A DNA stretch of 64,000 nt from assembly GCF_964188315.1 (NCBI RefSeq), contig NC_135656.1:33976001-34040000 (forward strand). The letters run 5' to 3'. The stretch comes from Podarcis muralis (Eukaryota). Below the pieces are notes generated by a model that was not told where the DNA came from, ran no database searches, and saw only the letters and a program-made list of their open reading frames with translations. Positions 24,591 to 35,189 of the stretch are shown here, one piece after another. Both the position numbers and the translations under genes were made by a program. Positions within the stretch are counted from its first letter, which is position 1; each line of letters opens with the position of its first letter.

Positions 24591-24986
24591 AATTCTTATA
24601 TTTTTGCTGCACCACTATGTAGCTCTGCCATGGATTTTGTAGACTTCAAGCTTCTTTTTTAAAAAAATCCCAACAGCAGCAGTAAATGCTCACTTACTTG
24701 GACCTAACAAGGCAAGAGGTCTGATGACTTTCTATTCTGGGTATGGGTGGGGTACTTATCTGTATTACACTTTTATCATGTTCTGGTCTTTTCCTAAATA
24801 GCTCAACTGTAATAAAAGGTATTTGCATTCACACACACACACTGTCTTACAAACTGGACAGATAAATAAACTGCCTTGTTGTTATTACTTGTATACTCCA
24901 CTTTCCAATTAACATTTCTCAAGGTAGTTTAGGACGACGAAGATTCAATTTTTAAAAAACCTACAGGGTTGGCCCAATATACAGTA

Positions 24987-25341
24987 CAGTGGTGCCCCGC
25001 AAGACGAACGCCTCGCAAGACGGAAAACCCGCTAGATGAAAGGGTTTTCCATTTTGGAGGCGCTTCGCAAAACGAATTTCCCTATGGGGTTGCTTCGCAA
25101 GACGAAAAAATCTTGCGAGTCCCCGCGGGGTTTTTTTTGCTTTTTCCCCCTTTTCCTAAGACGCTAAGCCGCTTATCAGCTGTTCTGCTGATAAGCCGCT
25201 TAACAGCTGATCGCGAAAAGCCGCTAGACCGCTGTAGCGCTAATCCGCTAAGCTGTCAATGGGCTTGCTTCGCAAGACAAAAAAATCGCTAGACGAAGAG
25301 AATCGCGGAACGGATTCTTTTCGTCTTGCGAGGCACCACTG
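24987..25341. mobile_element. pogo-type MITE, CAGTGGTGCC(C/T)CGCAAGACG family
   Basis: TIR CAGTGGTGCCCCGCAAGACGAA / TTCGTCTTGCGAGGCACCACTG, TA TSD, internal ccgctaa/cttatcag repeats. Confidence 0.88.
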
Positions 25342-25817
25342 TATACAGTTGAATCAATTAAATTCATCACAACATATTATAGGGGTACACATAACTGACA
25401 CACGACAAAGGGGCAGTTAAATTTCAGGCTGACAGCTGAAAATAATAGTGCAGCAGTTGGAAACAGAACAGACCAATTTAACATCAACTTAAAACATGGT
25501 CACTTCAAAGATTTTTTTAAAAAGGTAAACAAAGACCCCCCACCCCCCAGTTAGCAACAAGAAGTAAAAAAGCACTAAGAAATAAAGGTCTGGCTTCGGG
25601 CCTAGCATATGAACTAGGCACTAAGTAAGAGTCCCAGTTGCAAGTACGGAGAAGCCCCATTCACCTTACCACCACATGCACAGTGGTGCCATTTAGTACT
25701 TTGCAGCAGAAGTCCAAGGCCTCACCAAGTGCAGGCAGGGCTCCCCAATGCAGCCAGGCTGGCCAGTTGACACAGTTTGTGTGACTGTGACACATTTGGC
25801 TTCTGAAACTTCCATTA

Positions 25818-26043
25818 CAGTGGTACCTCAGGTTAAGTACTTAATTCGTTCCGGAGGTCCGTTCATAACCTGAAACTGTTCTTAACCTGAAGCACCACTT
25901 TAGCTAATGGGCCCTCCCACTGCCGCCGCGCCGTCGGAGCACAATTTCTGTTCTCATCCTGAAGCAAAGTTCTTAACCTGAAGCACTATTTCTGGGTTAG
26001 CAGAGTCTGTAACCTGAAGCGTATGTAACCCGAGGTACCACTG
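25818..26043. mobile_element. pogo-type MITE, same 226-bp subfamily as the CDK9 insertion
   Basis: TIRs plus TA TSD; aligns end to end with 21223-21448. Confidence 0.9.
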
Positions 26044-28089
26044 TATAATGAAAACCAGATGCTGAGCCAGTGAAAGGGTATTGACTACCAGGAGTAGGTA
26101 TTGGGCTTAATCTGTGCATGAGTTGGAATTTGCATCTATTTAGCTTAGAGACTGCCTCCATCCATACTTTACGCACCACAGGAGGAACAGCAGTGTGGTG
26201 TTAACAAGACAGGTATGGTATGTCATCCTATAAGCAGCCTGCAGAAGGACATTCTCTTCAGAGGACTCCAAGCCTGACTCAGGTTATGAAATGTTTAGTT
26301 TATGCAGGCATTCAGGGGATGCATCCCTAGGGATTTTTATGGTTTTAAGCTTGCAGTCTTAAGCATGTCTGTGTGTATGTATGCGTTATTAAATCTGTTT
26401 ATTTTGTACGTGGAGAGCTTTGGGCAATGGGTGCTTTCATTAAAAAAATAAAAAATTCACAATGGGCATAAAACCCTCCCATTGAAATTGATGGGACTGA
26501 AAACACCTATTTGAGGCAAATTTTGTACCTCTTTTATAAGACTAATAATCAAATTTATTCCAGTCATTTATAATGTTGATTTAAAAAAAATCAATCAATC
26601 AAAATTTCAACATCAAATAAACAGAAACATACAAAATGTTTTTCTTTTCTGGCTTATACACATGCACACAAAGAGAGAAAGAGAAAGAGCGTGAATGAGA
26701 GAGAGCAATCAGTTGAAACTGAATTTTATGCATCCCATGTTTGCATATTTTTGTATCATCTACACAACACTGCCCTCATCCAAATGTCAGTCGGTATTTT
26801 CTTCCCATTCCTCAGACAGGAAAAATATGTCATTTGTTACCCACAGTCACTGCTGCTGTGGATGTTCCTTAGCACTTTTTTGCAGTGGGTGGTTTGTCGT
26901 GTGTGGCGACCAGTTATACTGCTTTCAGTGCTCTCTATTGCCACACCTCCGACTTCCTCACCTGAGCACAATGAAACCGTTTTGTTTCTGTGGCCTACAC
27001 AATAAGAGTGTGTCTATTTCCACTGGCTGCTGAAGGCATGCTCCCGGTGCACATATATATATTTGTTTTTAATGCACCAGCCTTGCCCAAAACTACATCT
27101 GCACAAAACATCAGCATTAAAAATAATATAGAAGCATAGAATTGTAGAGTTGGAAGTGATCCCAATGGCCATGTAGTCCAACCTGCTGCAATGCAGGAAT
27201 CTCAACACATGGCTCCTTATCCAATTTGAAATCATATTGGACCCTGCTTAGGTTTGCAAATGCGCTAGCTGTTTTGTTGCTGTACCACTAGGAGATAATC
27301 TGGACTGTCATCCTCTCTTGGCTCTCACCCAACACACACAGTTAGAGGCTCTTACTTGTAACAATACAGGCTCAGCAGCAGACACCGTTCTCAGGAGTCA
27401 CGATTCAGGAGCAGGACAAGAAGTTCAGAACTGGATGGAAGTGATGAAGATGTCCCAGCAAGTTTTCCCACACCTCCTGCCAAAATTTCAAAGATGAGGC
27501 ATGGTACACTAACTCACAAGGCTCTTTCTTCTTGTGGGAACATCAGGATTGCAAGTGCGCATTTCCATTGGTGCGGCTGGGTCTGCTCCCGTCTGCAAAG
27601 ATGGCACCTGGTTCTATGCACACACCCACACACCCCGTTCAGGCTTATGCTCAGTCACTGCCGCTTCCTGTTCAGTCCCCCACCCCCCCCACCCCACGTT
27701 GGTGATCAAAGCCCTCCCCAGCCTCCACTGATGTTTCCCACTCCACAGAAAGGTTGGAGGGGAAACCCGCCACCCCTGCTCCTCCTTCCAAAGTGACGAA
27801 AGTCCGGGAGGAAAGAGGAGGTTCTCCTCTTCTCTCCTCCAACAATTTTGCCTGCCCCACCACCGCTGCTTCCTCCTCTTCCATCAGAGCCTGTCAGCCC
27901 AAACCTAAGAGCACTGTGGGGCTCAAGACTCAACCTGAATAACAACTATGGCAAGTGGAAAGGGGGAGAGTCCAGGTGACATGAGCTCATGCCACGGACC
28001 ACCCTCCCCTCCGGTTCTACAATATGCATGAGCATGATAAGTGAGGGAGATTCACTGTGCAGATATGATACACTGATATATGATGTAGC

Positions 28090-28152
<63 letters not shown>
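28090..28152. repeat. (TAGA)n microsatellite
   Basis: Direct reading. Confidence 0.95.
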
Positions 28153-28173
<21 letters not shown>

Positions 28174-28846
28174 GGAGAGAGACAGATACTCAATATACCA
28201 GTTTAGTGCAAATTGCTTCTCTGCAAAAAATAATAAGTCTGTATTAAAATACTGAGCAAATATTGATCCATCAGGATATGGTCAGGATTCGGTAGCCTTC
28301 CACTCACTCAGATCGCATCACATTAAATTCAGACTCTCGTGTCTCAAGTCACAAAAAACTCCCTCCCTTCCCTCCTTGACTTACAGCTGTTCAGAACACT
28401 GGCGATTTCACTTTTTATGTTGGCGAAAGCAGAAACAAAGCAGAAGGAAAAAGACCCCAAAACAGCCACTTGGTTTTTTTATGTGCTTGGGGAGTGAAAT
28501 GGCCTGGGAATGAGCTTGATAGTACCTTAAGAGAGACTTTGCAGGGGTGAAACATGGCGGGCGGGCGGGGGAGGGGGGAGAGAACAATATTGGGTCTGTT
28601 TTAAACTGCTGTGTAGACAGACCAAGCCTGGATAGATCCCACTGGTGTGGACTGCAAGCAACGCATATAGTGTCTAAAAACCCTGGAGTGTGTGGGGGGG
28701 CAATTGCAAGCCAATAGTTCACACACATTAAACAATTCTGAACCACCTGTTTGCAAGATTACAAGCATCACTGAAGCTGAAAGAAAGATTGATTCCAACC
28801 TGTTTATAAAGCATCCATCCTGATTTCTTTGTACAAAGGTTGTATA

Positions 28847-31518
28847 TTTGTTGTTTAGTCGTTTAGTCGTGTCCGACTCTTCGTGACCCCATGGACCAGA
28901 GCACGCCAGGCACTCCAGTCTTCCACTGCCTCCCGCAGTTTGGTCAAACTCATGCTGGTAGCTTCGAAGACACTATCCAACCATCTCGTCCTCTGTCGTC
29001 CCCTTCTCCTTGTGCCCTCCATCTTTCCCAACATCAGGGTCTTTTCCAGGGAGTCTTCTCTTCTCATGAGGTGGCCAAAGTATTGGAGCCTCAGCTTCAG
29101 GATCTGTCCTTCCAGTGAGCACTCAGGGCTGATTTCCTTCAGTATGGATAGGTTTGGTTTTCTTGCAGTCCATGGGCCTCTCAAGAGTCTCCTCCAGCAC
29201 CATAATTCAAAAGCATCAATTCTTCAGTGATCACCCTTCTTTATGGTCCAGCTCTCACTTCCATACATCACTACTGGGAAAATCATAGCTTTTACTATAT
29301 GGACCTTTGTTGGCAAGGTGATGTCTCTACTTTTTTTAAGATGCTGTCTAGGTTTGTCATTGCTTTCCTCCCAAGAAGCAGGCGTCTCTTAATTTCGTGG
29401 CCGCTGTCACCATCTGCAGTGATCATGGAGCCCAAGAAAGTAAAATCTCTCACTGCCTCCATTTCTTCCCCTTCTATTTGCCAGGAGGTGATGGGACCAG
29501 TGGCCATGATCTTTGTTTTTTTTATGTTGAGCTTCAGACCATATTTTGCGCTCTCCTCTTTCACCCTCAATAAAAGGTTCTTTTTCTGACCAAACTGCGG
29601 GAAGTAGTGGAGGACAGAGGTGCCTGGCGTGCTCTGGTCCATGGGGTCACGAAGAGTCGGACACGACTAAACGACTAAACAACAACAAAAGGTTCTTTAA
29701 TTCCTCCTCACTTTCTGCCATCAAGGTTGTGTCATCTGCATATCTGAGGTTGTGGATATTTCTTCCAGCAATCTTAATTCCTGCTAGGGATTCATCCAGC
29801 CCAGCCTTTCGCATGATGAATTCTGCATATAAGTTAAATAAGCAGGGAGACAAAATACAGCCTTGTCGTACTCCTTTTCCAATTTTGAACCAATCAGTTG
29901 TTCCATATCCAGTTCTAACTGTAGCTTCTTGTCCCACATAGAGATTTCTCAGGAGATAGATGAGGTGATCAGGCACTCCCATTTCTTTAAGAACTTGCCA
30001 TAGTTTGCTGTGGTCAACACAGTCAAAGGCTTTTGCATAGTAAATGAAGCAGAAGTAGTTTAAGAAGGCCTTCTTGTCTCTCCTTGCTATTTTTTGGAAA
30101 TCTGCATTCAATTTCCTGTATCTTTCTCTATCTCCCTCGCATTTTGCTTGCCTTCTCTCCCCCGCTATTTGTAAGGCCTCATTGGACAGCCACTTTGCTT
30201 TCTTGCATTTCCTTTTCATTGGGATGGTTTTCGTTGCTGCCTCCTGTATAATGTTACGAGCCTCCATCCATAGTTCTTCAGGCACTCTGTCCAGCAAATC
30301 TAAATCCTTAAACCTGTTCCTCACTTCCACTGTGTCTTCATAAGGGATTTGATTTAGATTATATCTTACCGGCCCAGTGGTTTTTCCTACTTTCTTCAGT
30401 TTAAGCTTGAATTTTGCTACAAGAAACTGATGATCTGAGCCACAGTCAGCTCCAGGTCTTGTTTTTGCTGACTGTATAGAGCTTCTCCATCTTTGGCTGC
30501 AGAGAATATAATCAATCTGATTTCGATGCTGCCCATCTGGTGATGTCCATGTGTAGAGTCGTTTCTTGTGTTGTTGGAAAAGAGTGTTTGTGATGACTAG
30601 CTTGTTCTCTTGGCAGAACACTATTAGCCTTTGCCCTGCTTCGTTTTGCTCTCCAAGGCCAAACTTGCCAGTTGTTCCTTTTATCTGTTGATTCCCTACT
30701 TTAGCATTCCAATCCCCTATAATGAGAAGAACATCCTTCTTTGGTGTCACTTCTATAAGGTGTTGTAAGTCTTCATAGAATTGGTCAATTTCAGTTTCTT
30801 CAGCACCAGTAGTTGGTGCATAAACTTGGATTACTGTTATGTTAAAAGGTCTGCCTTGGATTTGTATCGAGATCATTCTATCATTTTTGAGATTGCATCC
30901 CAGTACAGCTTTCGCCACTCTTTTGTTGACTATGAGGGCCACTCCATTTCTTTTGCGGGTTTCTTTCCCACAGTAGTAGATATGATGGTCATCCGAACTG
31001 AATTCGCCCATTCCCGTCCATTTTAGTTCACTGATGCCCAGGATGTCAATATTTATTCTTGCCATCTCATTTTTGACCACATCCAGCTTACCCAGGTTCA
31101 TGGTTCTTACATTCCAGGTTCCTATGCAATATTTTTCTTTACAGCATTCGACTTTCCTTTCGCTTCCAGGCATATCCGCAACTGAGCGTCCTTTCGGCTT
31201 TAGCCCAGCCGCTTCATCAGCTCTGGATCTACTTGTACTTGTCCTCCGCTCTTCCCCAGTAGCATGTTGGACACCTTCCGACCTGAGGGGCTCATCTTCC
31301 AGCGTCATAACTTTTATATGCCTGTTGTCTTTGTCCATGGAGTTTTCTTGGCAGGGATACTGGAGTGGCTTGCCGGTTCATCCTCCAGGTGGATCACGTT
31401 TGGTCAAAACTCTCCACTATGACCTGTTCATCTTGGGTGCCCTGCTCGGCATAGTTCATAGCTTCTCTGAGTTCTTCAAGCCCCTTCGCCGCAGCAAGGC
31501 AGTGATCCATGAAGGGGT
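28847..31518 (-). mobile_element. Bov-B (RTE clade) LINE retaining both ends, with an internal deletion and a nested insertion
   Basis: ORF 31338-29647 encodes an APE endonuclease (IGTWNVRTMN...GISELKW...GDWNAK...GSDH) and an RT core (GVRQGCILSP...LRYADDT). The 3' end reads ...HGVTKSRTRLND with a CTAAA/CAA-type tail. 11-bp TSD AAGGTTGTATA at 28836-28846 and 31519-31529. Confidence 0.92.
29584..29686 (+). mobile_element. 103-bp 3' tip of a second Bov-B inserted antisense into the first
   Basis: ctgaccaaactgcggga...gtcggacacgactaaacgactaaacaacaac is the Bov-B 3' terminus; 12-bp TSD AAAAGGTTCTTT at 29572-29583 and 29687-29698. Confidence 0.88.
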
Positions 31519-32553
31519 AAGGTTGTATAACTTACCAGCAATTGATGGCTATACCACGCTTTCTTGTGCCATTGCAAGCAATCATTATCCCACACATTCC
31601 AGCACATTTTCCCACCACTTTCCTTACAGCAAAAAGTCTATTAAAAGAAAAGGTGGATTTGTTGTGCAAGAGAACCAAATCCACTTTAATTGTGCAATGT
31701 GAATTTTCTCGTTTGTTATTGGATCCCACCTACAAGCTAGCAACGGTCTGAAAACAGACAAATCAGTTCATGTGTCCAGTGTCATGTATACACATCTCCA
31801 TCTTGCATTGTAAATTAAGATGCTAATTCTATGAATGCTTATCTTTAATTATTCATAGGACACTTAAACTTATAATTGACATGTTACAAAAATAAAAACA
31901 GGCCCTGCCTGTAGGCATTCAACTGGAAATCAACCTGTGCAGTCAAAGTGTTTTTTTAAAACTTCAATTGATTTCAGTGGTAGAGAATTAAGCATGGGCT
32001 TAACTTCCGTGGATCATACACTTAGTAAATATCATCTCAGAAAAGGCACTCCTGCAGTGCAGTGAGGCTTAAATTCTGAGTAAACATACATACAGGATGC
32101 ATATGATGTAACGTTTAGTGTCTCCCAGCTCAATATGTTTTAATAAATGCTGTGTGGTGCCATAGGGATTGATCATCAGCTCTTATTGCCTTGCTTATAT
32201 TACGGGAGAATCCTGTAAGGAATGAACACTGTCCAGAAGAGGAGATCTATTGCGGAATAAATTACACCAGGGTTTAGCCAGTCATCACCTCCTCTGCCCC
32301 TATTTGTCAACTCCTTTCAATGATGCTGGAGAGAAAATCCCTTGTCCCTCTCACCTTTCCTCATTCCTCTGGGCCCTTTTCCCACGCCCAGCAAATCATT
32401 CCAAAACTTTTCCAGCAGCATTCCACCACATCCTTTTTCTTCTGAGTGCATATTTAAATTTAATTGTTCTCAACAGTGATTTCCCATGAAAACATGTTTT
32501 AGCACCTCCCCCCCCCCCGGTAGCTTTTCTTTTTCGCTTTCTAAAATCACCAT

Positions 32554-32906
32554 AGGTAAAGGTACCCCTGCCCGTACGGGCCAGTCTTGACAGACTCTAG
32601 GGTTGTGCGCTCATCTCACTCTAGAGGCCGGGAGCCAGTGCTGTCCGCAGAAACTTCCGGGTCACGTGGCCAGCGTGACAAGCTGCATCTGGCGAGCCAG
32701 CGCAGCACATGGAACGCTGTTTACCTTCCCACTGGTAAGCGGTCCCTATTTATCTACTTGCACCCGGGGGTGCTTTCAAACTGCTAGGTTGGCAGGCGCT
32801 GGGACCGAACGACGGGAGCGCACCCCGCCGCGGTGATTCGAACCACCGACCATGTGATCGGCAAGTCCTAGGCGCTGAGGTTTTACCCACAGCGCCACCC
32901 GCATCC
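32554..32906 (-). mobile_element. Sauria SINE (subfamily B type), first of a tandem pair
   Basis: Full head and tail; diagnostic B-type stretches (aaaacctcagcgcctagg, gcacccccgggtgcaagt). Confidence 0.9.
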
Positions 32907-32919
32907 TAAAAATCACCAT

Positions 32920-33266
32920 AGGTAAAGGTAAAGGGCCATTAGGTCCAGTCGTGACCGACTCTGGGGCTGTGGTGCTCATCTCGCTTTATTGGCCGAGGGA
33001 GCCGGCGTACAGCTTCTGGGTCATGTGGCCAGCATGACTAAGCCGCTTCTGACGAACCAGAGCAGTGCACGGAAACGCCGTTTACCTTCCCGCTGGAGCG
33101 GTACCTATTTATCTACTTACATTTTGATGTGCTTGCGAACTGCTAGGTTGGCAGGAGCAGGGACCAAGCAATGGGACCTCACCCCGTCGCAGGGATTTGA
33201 ACCACCGACCTTCTGATCGTCAAGCCCTAGGCTCTGTGGTTTAACCCACAGCGCCACCCGCATCCC
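32920..33266 (-). mobile_element. Sauria SINE (subfamily A type), second of the tandem pair
   Basis: Full head and tail; A-type diagnostics (aaaccacagagcctagg, gtacgccggctccctcggccaataaag). Confidence 0.9.
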
Positions 33267-34035
33267 TTAAAATTACCATGGTGGTGCTCAAATCTAGTGC
33301 CCCTTCAGACATTCTGCTTTCCAACACCCATCAGTTGTGTGACCAGCACAGGGAATGGGAAAGGATTTTGGGAGTTGTAGTCTGGACCAAAACACCCGTT
33401 CAAGGAAGGATGAACTAGGACTGGGACCCCCAATGGTGGCATCCATGGGCATCAGGTTCTCCATCCCCTTGGTGCCTAACAAGGCACCCCTCTCTTTTTT
33501 TTAACTTGGAGGTTGGGGGAGACGACCATTTGGGCCAAAACGAATTTCAACAGATGTACTGCTAAGTTAATAATGCAAAGGGCTGCCCTGTACGCCTGCT
33601 ATTGAGCAAGAATTTTGCTAGTTCAGTAGGCAAACAGGGTAAAAGGGAAATTAAGAAGGTAATGAAATGTTTTTCTTCTGGCTTTTGTGAATGAGGCACA
33701 CAATTTCGAAATGATTCTCTAGAAGGAGCCAAATTTAAATATGTCCTTACCTGCTCAAAATGTCCCCAAGCAACTACTCAGAATTGCTTTTTTAAAAAAA
33801 ATAGAAATGTGTAACTTGCGGTTTCTCTGCATTCTTTCCTTACTTTTCTGTGTTTTGAAGAGGTTGTTTGAGCAATTCCCACTGGCGCAGAACCCACATC
33901 GTGAATGCTGCACTTTCTACCACGTCAGAGTAATGGTTCAGGCCTGGTCTACACCTTGTAAAAACTGAGGTGCTGACAGTCGTATACTGATAAAAGTTAT
34001 TTGGGTGACAGCAGAAAATGGCTGCCATGGACAGT

Positions 34036-34100
34036 AAGAGAGACAGAGACAGAGACAGAGACAGAGAGACTGACTGACTGACTGACTGACTGGCTGGCTG
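34036..34100. repeat. Compound (AGAGAC)n-(ACTG)n microsatellite
   Basis: Direct reading. Confidence 0.9.
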
Positions 34101-34134
34101 GTACTCCGTGTTGGTGAGTACTGTAACAGAAAAA

Positions 34135-34330
34135 AGCCCTGACATTATTTTTAAAAACAGCCTGTTCTTGAATCCTGATTCTATCTTCTGAGGTATTAGC
34201 CACCCCTCCCAGTTTGGTGTCATCTGCAGTTTTAATGAGTATTCCCTCAATTCCTTCATCCAAATCATTTATAAAAATGTTGGACAGCACCAAGCCCAGA
34301 ACAGGAACCAGTAGCACCCCACATATAGGG
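34135..34330 (-). mobile_element. CR1 RT core fragment
   Basis: VLGLVLSNIFINDLDEGIEGILIKTADDTKLGGVANT (CR1 FADD region). Confidence 0.8.
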
Positions 34331-34353
34331 CCTTGGTACGGTTTACCAGGATA

Positions 34354-34509
34354 ATAGAACCATAGAATTGCAGAGTTGGAAGGGACCCTGAGGGTCATCC
34401 AGTCCAACCCCCTGCAATGCAGGAATCCTACTGACAGCCATGTCTTGGTGGGCTCAAACCACCAGCCTTCTAGTTAACAGCCAGACACACTGACCCATTG
34501 CACCACAGG
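34354..34509 (-). mobile_element. tRNA-head SINE or CR1 tail fragment
   Basis: tRNA-like head cctgtggtgcaatgggtcag...ggtttgagccca and a CR1 tail ending ...ctctgcaattctatggttctat. Confidence 0.6.
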
Positions 34510-34830
34510 CTCCCTTAATGTGTGTGAAGAACTTTGAACACTTAAAAAATTTAGTTGTTTCTGTTTTGCTGTTTCTGTTTTAACTATTTGCGTTTTTATC
34601 TTGTATTTTAATCTTTTGATGAAGGGTGGTATATAAATCTAAAAAAAGAAAGAAAAGCGTTATATAAATTTCAGTGGTTTGTACTGGTACCAGAGAACAC
34701 ACGAACCCTCCAAGAGCTTATGTCATCAAAGAACCATACAAAGAGAATAAATCAACGAATTATTACTACCACTATCCTTTTGGGTCTTTGGACTGCAATA
34801 AAGAATTGACTGATACTACTGCTATGATCA

Positions 34831-35189
34831 GGGGGACGCGGGTGGCGCTGTGGGTAAAAGCCTCAGCGCCTAGGGCTTGCCGATCGAAAGGTCGGCGGTT
34901 CGAATCCCCGCGGCGGGGTGCGCTCCCGTTGCTCGGTCCCAGCGCCTGCCAACCTAGCAGTTCGAAAGCACCCCCGGGTGCAAGTAGATAAATAGGGACC
35001 GCTTACTAGCGGGAAGGTAAACGGTGTTCGGTGTGCGGCTCTGGCTCGCCAGAGCAGCGATGTCACGCTGGCCACGTGACCCAGAAAGTGTCTCCGGACA
35101 GCGCTGGCCCCCGGCCTCTTGAGTGAGATGGGCGCACAACCCCAGAGTCTGGCAAGACTGGCCCGTATGGGCAGGGGTACCTTTACCTT
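34831..35189 (+). mobile_element. Sauria SINE (subfamily B type), full length
   Basis: 14-bp TSD TACTGCTATGATCA at 34817-34830 and 35190-35203. Confidence 0.92.

Larger units (their letters stand above)
20763..24850 (+). pseudogene. CDK9: Processed (retro) pseudogene of CDK9 with 5' leader, intronless ORF (20920-21222 + 21451-22263) and 3'UTR
   Basis: The joined frame reads MA*QCNVVECLYCDKVSKYEKLAKIGQGTFGEVF...[25 protein letters not shown]...SIYLV|FDFCEHDL...HWDMKAADVLITRDGVLKLADFG...[26 protein letters not shown]...NQTEFDRVF*, which is CDK9 without introns (1116 nt once the MITE is removed). TAG at codon 3 (20926-20928); HRD->HWD (TGG 21586-21588). Flanking direct repeats at 20736-20762 and 24851-24877. 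AATAAA at 24811-24816. Confidence 0.93.

Noticed and set aside
27370-27945. Overlapping Pro/Ser-rich ORFs that look like a decayed TE ORF1 or an exon
   Set aside because: No recognisable domain, frames are interrupted and splice sites are not convincing; cannot be supported without a search.
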